Assembly (NCBI GenBank): GCA_964057225.1
Contig: OZ059895.1
Location: forward strand, 5,580,001-5,644,000
Direction of reading: 5' to 3'
DNA length: 64,000 nt
DNA from: Auanema rhodensis
Lineage: Eukaryota > Animalia > Nematoda
The notes below the pieces were generated by a model. The model made no database searches and had not been told where the DNA came from. It saw only the letters and a program-made list of their open reading frames with translations. Positions 47,925-62,373 of the stretch are shown one piece after another. The position numbers and the translations under genes are program-made. Position 1 is the stretch's first letter, and each line of letters starts with the position of its first letter.

Positions 47925-50281
47925 TACATCTTCATGCTGATTGATATGGTTGACAGGGTGAAAAACATGGAAGAATGAGAAAAGTATAGTCTTGTTGCTC
48001 ATTGTTTGAGCATATTCTAAAATAGGTTGGAAAATAAATCAATTCACTTAATAGCTTTTTCCTTTATTCATTTATATTATTGACCTCTGACTATACATAT
48101 ACATACATATGTATATGTATGTATGTATTCCTTATATAGTTAACTTATTCATATTAAATATATATATATATATATATAACTATTTAATAAAAATACTTTT
48201 ATATATTAAATAAATAAAGTTATGTTTAAGAATTTCTTAGAATTGCTTTCAGAAAAAGCTATAAAATCGCAGGAAAAACATAGCTTAAACTATTACATGT
48301 TTCTATTATAAAATATTATAAAATTGCATAATTAACATATTAAACTCAAATTCATTTGACCTTTATTCTCTTGTTTCTCTCAATTTTAATGTTCTGATAT
48401 TGAAACCTACACACATGTATATTCAATTGAAATATCAATTAACTAACTAACTAAGTAAGTAGTAATCAAAATAATTATTATAACTATATACATATAATAA
48501 AATTTTTAAAAATAGCTATATCTATATATTGGATATTTCATTTTCAACAAAATCTTAATTGTGTTGTCGGTAGCGGAAAAAACAATCCTTTAAGGACAAT
48601 GAACTCATAAAAAAATGTTTTTTCTTCGTTTACCCTAAACTCTCCACCCATTCTCATCTTAACTATATGAACCTTATATAGTATATATAGTTAGTTATTC
48701 AGTATTTCAGTACTATATGTCTTATATCAAATCATATAGAACGTATTGCATGTCTAGATGCTGTTTACTACTAAACTGCAATCAGGCTTAATCGGGAGGA
48801 GTAACAGAAGGATCGTCATCAGTATAAGCCCAGTGGTCTACCTCCCTCTCTCTCTCAATCTTAATTTTTCTTTTTTTTTTGATTCAAATACTGTTCTATT
48901 GTTGTCCAATAAATTAAAAATACTCTTTTTTTTAATATTATCTTAACTATATGTAAAATAATTACACTATATGTATTTATAGAATTAAAATTATATAATT
49001 TATTTAAAAATTTATTTTTTATTTTCTTAAACTGAATTAACTATTATAAAAAAGAAAAAAGATTTTCTTTTATTTCTTAATTCGTTCCTCTCATCTTGAT
49101 TACCTTATCAGATTTTTTAAAATTTACTAAAGGATTCCACTTGTTTCGAGGTGAATTTTTGTTATTTTCCATAGAAATAGTGTTCTAAGAGGTAATACGA
49201 GTTAAAAAGAGATATCTACTATATATAGAGAGAGAGAGAAAGAGAGAGGGAGAGAGAGAGAGAGAAAGAGAGAGGGAGAGAGAGAGAGAGAAAATGGAAT
49301 ATTGTGAAACGTCATTCCACAAAATTTCTATCATATCTATATATCTATAGTATATATAAATATATATTAAATATAATTATTATAAATAAGTATGAAATAA
49401 ATAGAAATTTAATTTATAATATAAAATTTCAAATATTTGCAATCATTTTGATCATAAATTAATTTTAGATATTCTTGTTTTTGAAACAAATCTTTACCTT
49501 CTACTTCTTCAATTTTATTCATTTTATCAATTTTAAAAAATCTATTAGCTCTCTACTATTACAATATATTCTAAGAGCTCATTGAGCTTAAATGGGAATA
49601 TTTTTTTGTTTTTTTGTTGTTTTAATTATCTAATTTTCCTTTTTTTTTCATTTTTCCTCTTTTCTATATCTTTCTCTTCCCTTTATATTTCTTTTTTTTT
49701 TCTTCGTATTTCTTATACATATAGTTAAATAGATAGATAGTTAGATATATATATATAGTTTTAAAATATTTTTTTAAAATTATAAGATATAGTATATCAT
49801 TTTAATAAAATGAAAAAATTAATTTGAATGCCTAAAGGGCATTATGTGTACACGATTTCACACTTGTTTTGTGATCTTGAACTCTGCAGATTGCCAATTA
49901 ATTTGAAAGAAAGTGAGGGAAAAAGGAAAAAAAATTTTAGAATAGATCACATATAACTAAAGTAACTGAAGTTAAGAGGGAAATAGAAATAAAGAGAGAA
50001 TATATACAAAGAGAGAGAGAGAGAGATAGGAGGGAAAGAGAAAGGAAATGAAATTATTCAAAGAACAGAGTGAATGTTGGTTAGGAAGGGAGGTGCGGTA
50101 GTAACCCTCGTAAAAACTGTTTAAGACGTTTTAGAGAGCAAACTGGAAAATTAAAAATAAAGTACTTGCTTAAGGCAAATTACTCGTTGAAAATTCTTGT
50201 TTTTATGATAGAACTCGGTAGTATACAGACTGAAATTAGAATAAGAGTTTCTCTCTTTTTCATTCTCTCTCTTTCCCTCTA

Positions 50282-50316
<35 letters not shown>

Positions 50317-52126
50317 TTATCTCTCTCTCATTCTTCATCATCCCCTTTATCAAAATTCTATCGTTTTTCATTTTTGCTACTCATTAACGAGTGTATCATA
50401 AGGTTACTAAGTGAGTAAAGGGAATAGAGTAAGAGACAACTCTATTGAATCATTCTGTCATCACATGTAATCATTGATAAAGATATATTTTATATATAAA
50501 TTATATTTTATACGTATAGTTAAGTATAGTTAAGTATATAATGTAATATAATCAAATATTTATTTTATAGTTTACATAAATGGCAAATACTTATATATGT
50601 ATATGTATATTTCGAGAAAATATTTATTTTTCTTAATTTTTCACAATAAAACACAAATTGACTGACCGTTTTCTTTTGTTTTTTTACTTTTAAATATGTA
50701 TAATATAGTTATATGTATGTATGTATGTATTATTGTTGTTTGTTTATTTTAATTTTAAAATTCATGAAAACTATACAAATGATTTTATTTTTGTTTTGTT
50801 ATTTATAGATTTGTTTATGTTTTGAAATCTGTGTGAATCTCTGACCTTTTCAGCAGCTATTCAAATTTTAATAAATTGATTTTCTCTCTCTCTCTCTCTC
50901 TCTCTCTCCCTCCCTCTCTCTTTATCTCTCTCTCTCTCTCTCGTCCCTCTTAAGCTTGTATTATCAGGTTCAATAACTCAACACATAATTCAGATATGGT
51001 CATCATCATCGTCCACTTTCCATATATAGCTTCATCAATTATATTTTTCAGAATGTTTAGATATATGCTCTTGAATGAAAATTTCAAAAAGGGCTTTCCC
51101 AACTTAAAGCATACTCTCTATCTATTAAAACTACTCTGTTTCGTCCTTGTTCAGCTATTTCTGTCAATTTTTACTTTTTTTTGTTGAAGAAAATAAATAT
51201 TTTTCGTGTACTTTTTGGTTGACGCCTATCCTGACTATCAAAACTTCATATTGTTAACGTTATTGTTGTTTTCATTTCTGTTTACTTTTTTATTTTATTT
51301 TTTAAACAGAAGAAAAAAAACATTTTTTTTGTTCTGAAAAATGTTCTGAAAAATTCTTTTGAAGGACAAGGCGAGAAAAAAAACTTTTTTTAGTGTATTC
51401 TCGCAACAAGATATTCTCAATTCATCTCAATAATAGATACATTTTTATATTTTATTTATATTATTCTGAAGATGTTTAAGAAAGATTTCTTATATTCTTT
51501 CTTTCTTATATAATATCTTATTTCATATTCATTTTAGTTTATTCTTTTCAAATATTTTATTGAATTTACATATTTAAAACTAAAAATTCGTATTATTTCT
51601 TATTTTAAAAAATCTTTTTATTATATTTTTGTTTTTAATTGATTCAATACTATAGGAAAATGAAATTTTTTCTTTTTCATATCATCATGTCACAAACAGA
51701 TATTCGTACTCCTCTTATTCCTATATATCTGATGTGTTATGATCAATTTCTGAAGGATATCAAGTACAAGTATTCAGAATTAGCTTCAATCTTTATCACG
51801 ATTCCCTCTATTTTTCATATTTTATTTCTTTTTTTGGTATTCTTTTCATTTATTTTCTATCCACCCACTTTATATCCCACCATTACCACTAAACTATATC
51901 ATATATCTTTAAGTTTAGGTTGGTGTCATCCAATGTTCCATTAAAAGGTTTTCATAGTTTTCAAATAAATTGATCAACTACCAAAGTTTATTCGATTGAA
52001 TTTGCATCTTTCTAGAAGAAAAATGTTGTATTTTATGTTTTTGAACTGTGTTGTATAGCTTCAAAGATGGGAAAGATCATTCGATATGCATAGATAAGTT
52101 CTGATTTGCATTTAGAGAGAGAGAGA

Positions 52127-52171
<45 letters not shown>

Positions 52172-52663
52172 CGATAGTAGTAGTAGTAGAAGACGTGGCA
52201 AAACTGATCATCATATCCACTCATGTCTTCTCTATATCTTCATTTCAGTCTTGATTAATGATTTTTTTGTTGAAGAAATATGCTTTTCGGTATTGACAAT
52301 GACCTCAAAATGCTTCAGCAAAGACCAATGAAGGAATGTAACGAAACAGCCAATTAGTTGGAGACATCGTTTAGATATCTATATGGAGCTGATCTGTAGT
52401 CAAACTAATGAAGAGGAAGATATGAATATGAAGTTAAAACAAGACAAAACTGAAAAAGAATGATAGATATTGCGAGAGCAATTGAGAGAACGGTTGAAAA
52501 TGAGAGGAGGGAGTCTGAAAAGGAAAAAATGCTGCAGTTTGCATTGTTCTTCAGATGAGGATACAGACCAAATTCTCAGAAGCTCATGAATTCACATACC
52601 AAGCTTCCTGGTCTTCTTCACCGGCATTCACCCCTCAACCCCCCCCCCCCTCCTCTGCCTCCC

Positions 52664-52694
<31 letters not shown>

Positions 52695-53303
52695 TGTTTC
52701 GCAGCTTTCATATTCTTGCATCTACGTAGTTTCGCGGAAAACCATACCAACAACCAATGTTATTCTGCTTTGTTCCGATTTTCCATAAGCCGCAATCTGT
52801 TCCTTCTTCCTTCCCTTCATCCTTCTCACTCTTTAGAACTTCTTTTCGCGATCTCTTTTGTTGATTTGTAGCATAAAAGTTTTTGTTGAAAATAAAAAAG
52901 AAAACATTTTGTCTCATCAACTTTTTCTTCTTTTTCTTCCATAAAAATGACAATTTTTATTCTAATTTTTCACGTAAATTTACGTGAATTATATGATGTA
53001 CAATCTTGTAATACTAATTATCCTGACCTATGTATCTAACATGAACGGTTGTTGTTTATTCCATCATGTTCTACTAGTTCAGCACATCATTTAGCCACCA
53101 AACTTGGCTTCTCATAGCATATATTCACCATACAACATTTTTCAAATTTTAAAAAATGAGTTTGAGGTACATTCATACTATATATGGTTAGCCTAGATAG
53201 ATATTCGTAATGATCTCAGACTTTTAGCTTCCTATCAATCTTTCCTTCACTTCTTCTTTCTCTCTCTCTCTCCCCTACTCTCCCTCCTACTCTCTACCTC
53301 CTA

Positions 53304-53477
<174 letters not shown>

Positions 53478-55170
53478 CTCATTTGTAGAGTCTCATTATG
53501 TTAATTTGTTCCTTTTCAACTAAATTCTGTATTACATTTTATGTATTTTCAACCATTTTCAATGTAATTTATATAAAATAAGTACATTATGTATTTATTT
53601 TCTTTTAATTATTTGTAAATATACAAATTTATTTTAAATAATCAATTTCAATAGTTAACTATATACATACATACATACATACAAGTGTATATGTTTATTT
53701 GTTTGTTTGTTTGTTTGTTTTAAATATTTAAAATATAAATATAATAGTAAAAGATTTTACTATTTCTTCAATTAACTATACATAATATATACTATATGTA
53801 TATTTATGCATGTATCTTCTTATCATTTACTTAAGATTTTCTTTTTTTTTTATTTAAATTTCAAAAAAAAAAAAAAAAAAGAAAAAACAACAAAATTATT
53901 TTGAATGTAATTGTAGTAATATGAAGACATTTGAAGTGAAAAACACAATTAATCCAAATAAGCAATGTTTTCAGGATATCCGATCTTTATTTTTTTAAAT
54001 TTTTGATTTTAAAATATAAAAAAATATTTAAAGTTTTTCTTGTACATATAATTTAGAATAAAATATACAACTTCATCTTAACTATAAAATTAATAAATTA
54101 TATAAAATATATATATCAATAGTTCAATAATTTTATTTATTTATATATTTTTCTTATAAGAGTAAGGTTTAATTGAATTGTTTTTGTATTCTGATAGATT
54201 TATAAAGTAATTTCAAAATGTGGGTAAACATTAAAAATTTGTATAAATTAATAAAAAAAATTTAAATTTAATTATTAACTATATATTTAAAATAATTTCA
54301 CTCTCTCTCTCTCTCTGTTATCTACTTTTATAAAATTAGATGATGTCAAAGAAAAATCATTTCATAGATACTTTCTAATTTGTAATTTCAAATATTTAAA
54401 ATATAAATTATATTTAACGTTAGCTATACGATATTGTGTATCATATTACGGTAAAAAATAAAATACTAAGATGTTAAATACGTAAATAGTTTGAACATAG
54501 ACAATGATGTCATGTAAGAAACTCCTCCAGACTCTTAGCGATATTTCATTTTCATTCCTTCCTCCATGTCTCTCTTTCTCTCTCTTTTTATTTTTTTACT
54601 TCTCATATGATATTAACTGAGAGAAATTTTAAAATATAATGTGTTATAATATTATATGAATTGTCTATTATAACTATATAAGTTTTATTATATTAATCTA
54701 TAATATTCAATAGTTTTATAGTTATAATAAAACAAACTTTTTGATTATTTTACTACATATAAGATGAGTTTAAAGAACTTAAATAGTTAAAGAGATCTTC
54801 TATTCTATAATATATATAAAAATAAAAATATCTTCTCTTATTCTTCAATATATTAGAAGAATAAAATTCAAAAATACCGTATACTTATATCATTTTCAAC
54901 TTTTCTTATGAACAATAATGATAATTTATAATTTTTTGTTGTTAATTATACATATACTATTTACTATATAATATAATTTACTAATTAAATACAATTTACA
55001 AAAAGATACATATCAATACATGGATTTCTTTATTCGTATTTCGTGGTATTTGTGTTTTATCAGATTTCAAGGAAACTATTAAGATTTCATTCAATTGCTT
55101 CGAAGATAAGACAATAGAATTCAATTGATGTCTTTTCAATCTTTAGCTTTTCTGTTTCTTTTTTTCTTCT

Positions 55171-55233
<63 letters not shown>

Positions 55234-56049
55234 TATCCTTTATTGAACATTACATGACATACGTACATAGTGTTGCAGAGTATTTATTTCAAAAAAAAAA
55301 GTTGAAGCTTTATCCTTCTATTACAATCCAATTAAATATTTTGTAATAATTAGTTTACTTCACAATATTATTCCTTAAAATTATTGTTTCTTAATTGCTT
55401 CTTCGTTATTTCAATTTGAAAAAAAATTTCATCTAAGTTTTAAACTTAAACGATTATCATAATGAGTATAAGCATCATGTTTTGTAATCATTCTTTGTGC
55501 AGGCAACAACTACGAAACATCTAAAGAGAGGGATAGAGAAGGAGAGAGAGAGATAGAGAGAGCGAGGGAGAAGAGAGAGAGAGAGGGGAGAGACAGAAGA
55601 ATAACCATAATTCAACTTAATATGCAGTTAGTTTTAACATAATTATACGTTTTGTTTAATTTACAGTGTCTTGAGATGATTTTTATATAAATTGATTAGA
55701 AACAATATTTCAAAAGTATCATAATCTCTTAGTTTAAAAGAAAAAGTTTTTAGTTTTCAAGTTCTCTTAAAACTTGGCTCATTTAACTTTAACAAAACTT
55801 TATAATTCAATGACCTTTTCGTTACTTCATTCATCTTATCTTTTATATTTGAGAATTGCTTGTGTTGTGTAAGGATAAGTGAGATTTGTTTTCAGTTCAC
55901 TAATTTACTTTCAAAAAAGGTTTTTTTTTTCTTTTTTTTATTCTTTTGTTAATTTTTTTTTGTTTTCTTAACCTTTCCACCTTTTACATCATATAAAACA
56001 AAACACAAATAATTTAAATATGAAGAGTTGTAGTACATATCTCTCCCTC

Positions 56050-56088
<39 letters not shown>

Positions 56089-59000
56089 TCTTTTTTGGTT
56101 TTACATATAATTATTGGATATCAACATCTAATATACTTATTTATATTATAGGGCAAGAACAATTTAACTATACTAACTATAATAAATAATTTTTAATATA
56201 CTATCTACCATTTCTTAACTATTTTTATCATTTTTTATCCTTTTTTTGCAGCTAACTATATCATATATTCATGTATTATGTATTTAGTTATATATGCTAA
56301 ATAGGTCTTTTTACTTAGCAAAGTTTGACATAACATCTAAAGGTATAACATACATTTCATACCTAAAGCACCCTCACACGTTCCCTCCTCCCACACCCTT
56401 TTATCTTTTACCCTCTCTCTCCATTTCTATATATTTTGTAAGTTATATCCGTGGATCTCTATTTCAAGCTAACTATATCAACATTAAAATTTGGAAACTT
56501 AACTATGCTAATGATAGTGCTAATGTACCAAAAGCATAAACAGCTTGAAGCTTACCCATAAAGACTTTAATATTTTTCATTTTCTGTATTTTTTTCTTAC
56601 TTGTTCTACCGTAACATATATTAAATATTAAATATATAGTAAAACAAATTATAATATATTAACTATATGGTATTTAACTAGTTATATAAGTTTTTATAAG
56701 TCATATTACATTCATATACTTTTCATCTTTTTCTTTAACTCATCTTCATTTTCATTCGTCTTCTATTTCTTTTCTCCTTATCTTCCCTCGGGATATATCC
56801 ATCAGATTTGAGTAAAAGCAATCTTTACTGACATCATTGAAATATAGAAAAATAATTTTTTTCTTTTTTTTTTCTTCTACAGTTTCTTGTTTCTTTCATA
56901 TGTTTTATACATTTCCTATATCATATATACAATCTTCCTTTATGAATTTCTAATTAAAGATTGTTTATAATAACTTTTTAACTATACCATATAATATATT
57001 TTATTTTATTTTGAAAAAAATGATTTGAGTGACATACTAACAATGATAGATTTCATTCCTTCCTCTTACAACCTTCTCTCCCTCCACTTCTCAACTTCCA
57101 TATACACAACTTTCAACCTACCCTCCCCCCCCCCCAACCCTTTTCGGCAACCAGACGCCCCCTCGCGTCAATTCCACCCATGTGTTTTGATCTCTAACCC
57201 CTGATTAGGCTTGATCTTTGAAAAAGCACATTTGCTTTACATGTATTTCATTTGATTGTCTGAGATACAGCAAGATGTGATGTTGTTGTACAAAACATTA
57301 TTTGACTTCTTCAAATTTGTTTCTATTAATATAAAAATATTTTAAGATTTCATTGAAGTATTTCTTATTATTATTCTGTAGTTTTTAATTATTCTAAACT
57401 ATATATACATATATAGTTATATATATATATATATATGAATATGAATATGTGATGGTCATCAGCTGTTGTCAAGGATATTTTTCGATTCTTTCATGTTATT
57501 TTCCAACTTTTCTATTTTACTACTAAGAATACTCCGGTGGTGCACATCTACAGTAGAATCTCTTATGAGCTTCATCGCTCAGTGAAAAAGAGTAGGATAG
57601 AAGATGGAGAGAAGACATGAAGAAACAAAAGAGAATAGAGCGGATCAAGTTGATCATAGTTGGAACAAAGTTGTAACTGAGGTGGTCACTATTTCGTTGT
57701 CAAAAGAAAATGAAAAGAAACAATATAAGCTATTGTATTCAACTGATGTTTTCTCTTATTTACCTCTGTCATCAACATTACCTTCATTTCCTTAACCATG
57801 CTTTGTCTCTAAAAAAACGACATAGTAATATGAATATGAAACATACACAATATATATATTTTGAACAAAAAAAAAGAAAAGTTGAATATAGGATTTTTAG
57901 TTTAAAAAAAAATTTTTTTTCTAAATTAAATTAAAATGTTTTATAAAACTTTACATATATACATATATATTATATTTAATTTTATTCTTCTTCTTCTTCT
58001 TTTTCTCTTCTAAATCTTTTTTTTTGCCAACAATCTTTCAATGTCTCATCTTATCAGAGTGCGAATTTCTAGAATCTGAGGATCAATATGCTTGTACCAA
58101 AAACTTTTTTTTTTGATTTTTCAACATTTTCTGTCCCAACTTAATCATATATACACATATGTATATATATATATATATATAATTTCTTTTAAAATAAAAA
58201 AAAACTTGTTGTAAAAGCTTCTTTGGTCATTATTCAATAAATTCTTCCTCATTATGATTTATAGAGAAATGTGAAAATTTTAATTATATATCAGTAGATT
58301 ATGCATAATCATTCATGAATTACTATTCTATAAAATTTTTATTATATATATATATATATACTTAATATATACTATCAATAGATTTCTAATTTCTTGGAAA
58401 CCTAACAACATTTAAAGCTTCACCAACTTAAGGCTTAAATTCCTTTTTAATCATTTAAATCAATCAGTACAAATGCTTTTCAATAACTCTCTCTCTCTAT
58501 ATATATATATATATATCTTCTTATAACTATATATATATATAACCCATTTTATTCTTCAATGTTTCTATTTTTTTTTCAAATGTTTTCCTCGATTTCAAGA
58601 ATTAATTTTTTATTCAAAAGTTTGTATTAATAATGCGTGATTATGGTCAGACAATCGAAGAATGTGTGAATGTTCCACCCAAACTAAAGAAATTGAACTG
58701 ATAAAAGCGAGGATGAGAGACAAACTTGTCAGTATTTACTTGGTTCAACCTAATTATATATCATCCCACTCTTGCAAGTGATCACAACCTTTCCATTGTC
58801 TCTCTATTCGTACACAAATATGCCTTCCTCTCCCTCCCTTCCTCCCTCTTTTCCCTTCTTCCCTCCCTCTTTGCTAGTCATCCCATCACCCGTATTTTTA
58901 CTTTTTCATTGTTACCTCTATTCTTTGAACCTCATCTTCTTCTTCAACTCATCTGATTTTTTTCTTGATACTCCTTTCTTCACAACAGTTTCATTCTCAC

Positions 59001-60716
59001 TACCTCCCACCCTCCTTTTCTTCGTTCTCCTTATGAAGCTTGTTAGGCTATTCATTTTAGAATTTGCACATCTATTTAGTTCTTCTAACAATCTGATGAC
59101 GATAATAATGATGATGATATGTAAACTCAATTGATTAATAACCTTATTATCAATCAATTATAATATTTTTTATTATTTTTCATTCAAAATGTTGATTTTA
59201 CTACTTCTTTTACTACATTCTATATACATCATGTGAAACATCATTCATACATCCTATCATTGTACATCAATTATTCTAATTACATGAATGTAATCGGAGA
59301 ATCTGGAGAAGCTTCATCAGCCACGTCTTTATCATCGTATTCGTCTGCTTAAATTGGATGGCAACATCAGACCAAATGAAGTGAATGCATATATCAATGC
59401 TAAATGGCCTAGTTCTCTTCATGCTTGAACTTTTCAATCTTATTCATCATTTCGTATTCGTCGTCATTCCATTTTTCTTTTTTTTTCTGATTCATCTCTG
59501 TTGCTTCTTGTTTCCAACTTGAGATGAGTTGGTCAAGCTGGTCTACATCAAACACCCCCTCACAGCCATATTTTAAGTGTAAAAATTCTATTTTTCCAAT
59601 TTTTTTTGTTCAAAAAAAATATATTTGTAGCATTTTTTTCTCATTAATGCTCAGTTTTGATTCATCTAAACTAACAGTGATGATGCTATTTCTTAATAGC
59701 CTTTGGGCATGCAAAGATTAGAACGAAGAATAGGACTGAATGAATGAAATGAATTACTTCATTGTGAAAATCTTTTATCCTTTTCAACGGTAATACTAAT
59801 CATGTTCAGATAAAAACTGTTAGAAATGAAGAAAGAAAGAGTATGAAAGATGAAGAAATAGATGTAAGTGGAACATCTTAGTCAAACTACCAACTGAAGT
59901 ACTCATAACATCTCAGAACTCATCATCATCATCACTAAAAGTCATTTTGGTTTTTACTGACTCTTATTGTCACCATTTTGTTGATGAAATAGAGAAAGTC
60001 TATTAAAGTACGGAGATCATTAATCTTAAAACTTAAGGTTAATTAGTCAAAAAAAATTTTTATTATTAAACAAACGAATTTTTATTAAAACTAATAACAT
60101 ATGACATCACTAATTCATTCAAAACAATCGAAATATTTCAAAAAAAATGTCTTTAACTTTCAAAATTAATTCAAAACAATTAAATAAAAATAAATATTTG
60201 ATAAATAAAGATGAACATTGTTAGATTCCGAAAAAAAATACAATGAGATGGCATATGAACATTAAAAGTTCAAAATTCCTCCTCTTTTCCCCTCTCTCCC
60301 TCTCTCTCTCTCTCTATTCCTTTAACTCTCTTAACGCTACTACTTCTTGATATCTGAATGTATCAATTGTCATCTTCATGTCAACATACATAATGATTAG
60401 AAGAACGTCAGATTTGCTTCTTATGTTGATGGAAGGCTATAGCATTGCCGTTGTCGTTGCCATTGTCACGTCATCATCACATCTTCATTTTTAGCCATCA
60501 ACCCCTTCTCTTCATCCTTCTCTCAATAATTCAAATACAATATTTTTCTTTTCTCTTTGTGTGTTCAAGACCTCTAACAGGATTCTAATTGGCTTACTAA
60601 ATTAATTCTCGATTTTCTTTTTGAAAACTACATTATTGGTCTGACGATGTCAATTACTTCTATAGGGTATATAAAGCTTAAATAGATCCAAATACTCACT
60701 ATTACTATATATTATC

Positions 60717-60764
<48 letters not shown>

Positions 60765-62099
60765 TCTAAAAATCATGTTTATATAACAATATATAAGATG
60801 ACGTCATCATAGATTCCCAAATATTATTCCAGATCATACCCCCTACCTATACTATTCATAATTCATTTAAATTTTTTTTAAATATAAGTATTTATAAATA
60901 AATATAATATTACAGAATTAGGTTCATCTTAAACAAATAAATCAACAATTTTTTGAATTATTTCATTTTCTATAAAAATTTGAAATTTTTGATTTTAAAA
61001 TGAGAAAAAAAAACATTTTTTTGCTTTAATTTACATATATTTTGCAAGATTTATATAAAGTTTTAAAGAAAGAAACTTCAAACTTAGATTAGCAATTAAA
61101 TAAATAGAAAAAGATGTAATGTATCATCATTTTAATTTATTTAATTATATATATATATAATAAATACATCATACTATATTGATGCTAAAGGACTAACTTC
61201 AATTCTGAAGATTCTACTTGACTATAAGTATTGTTAAAAGAAAAAAAAAGAAAATTTTCTATATTACTAAGTTATATAAATAAACTATACATATAGTTAG
61301 TAAAGAATATATACTATATATGTATATGTAATAATCAATGATATTGATTATACTACTTAATAATCATTTGAACTTTGAAATAGTTAATTTTATATTTTAT
61401 AATATTACTATTTCATATAGTATATACTATATATAAATCTATTTCTAGAATTAGATTTCTTTATAATCGGACTCAGTCAACCAACAATGAGTGCTTTTCA
61501 ACATTCTTTTTTTTTTTTTGATTTTACATAGACACATACATGTAACATGAATGAAGATGTTTCAAGAAAACGACGATAGATTCTGATGTTTGAATGACAT
61601 GGATGTTACTTTTGATGATGATGAACATCATCATGTTTTTCTTATATATATATATATATATACGTAGATATTTATTATATACATATACTTAAAACATACC
61701 TCCTCCCCCCCTTCCCTCACCTCTGATCCCATAAACTTCCTTTGAAATTTTAAAATCAAATAATTTAAAAAGGAAATTTCATTGGAGATTTTTACATTTC
61801 TTATTTATTTTTTAAATAAAATAGAATATGATATGAACTTGTAGATGAACAATACAAAAAATAAAAAGAAGAAGGAGTGAAGCGATGACCACTCATGTCA
61901 AATGCTGTTGAAACGACGTCATCGGTGAGCTGCAGCTTGAATAGATAAACCCCAGGCAAATTCCAGGCCGAAATTGACCTCAGCAAAGACAGTTTGTTAC
62001 CCTTGACTTCATATGATTTCCAACTTTCATATGCCTCTTTCGTCAAAGTATTCCAGATTTTCTTCATTGTGTACAAATTTCCTTCTTTTATTTTTCTTC

Positions 62100-62103
<4 letters not shown>

Positions 62104-62191
<88 letters not shown>
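62104..62191 (+). repeat. (TC)n microsatellite
   Basis: Direct inspection; dozens of shorter GA/TC and TA tracts are not listed. Confidence 0.95.
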
Positions 62192-62197
<6 letters not shown>

Positions 62198-62313
62198 CTT
62201 CTTATTAATTTCTTTCTTTTGCGGATAGATGTTATGCCGTTTGTGCAGTTGATCCTTACTGCATGGTGTCATTCATAATATTTTATCATCAGGTTTCGTT
62301 GTATCGTATCTCC

Positions 62314-62373
<60 letters not shown>

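Noticed and set aside
59287-59428. 44-codon open stretch ENLEKLHQPRLYHRIRLLKLDG...
   Set aside because: No start codon or credible acceptor; likely non-coding.
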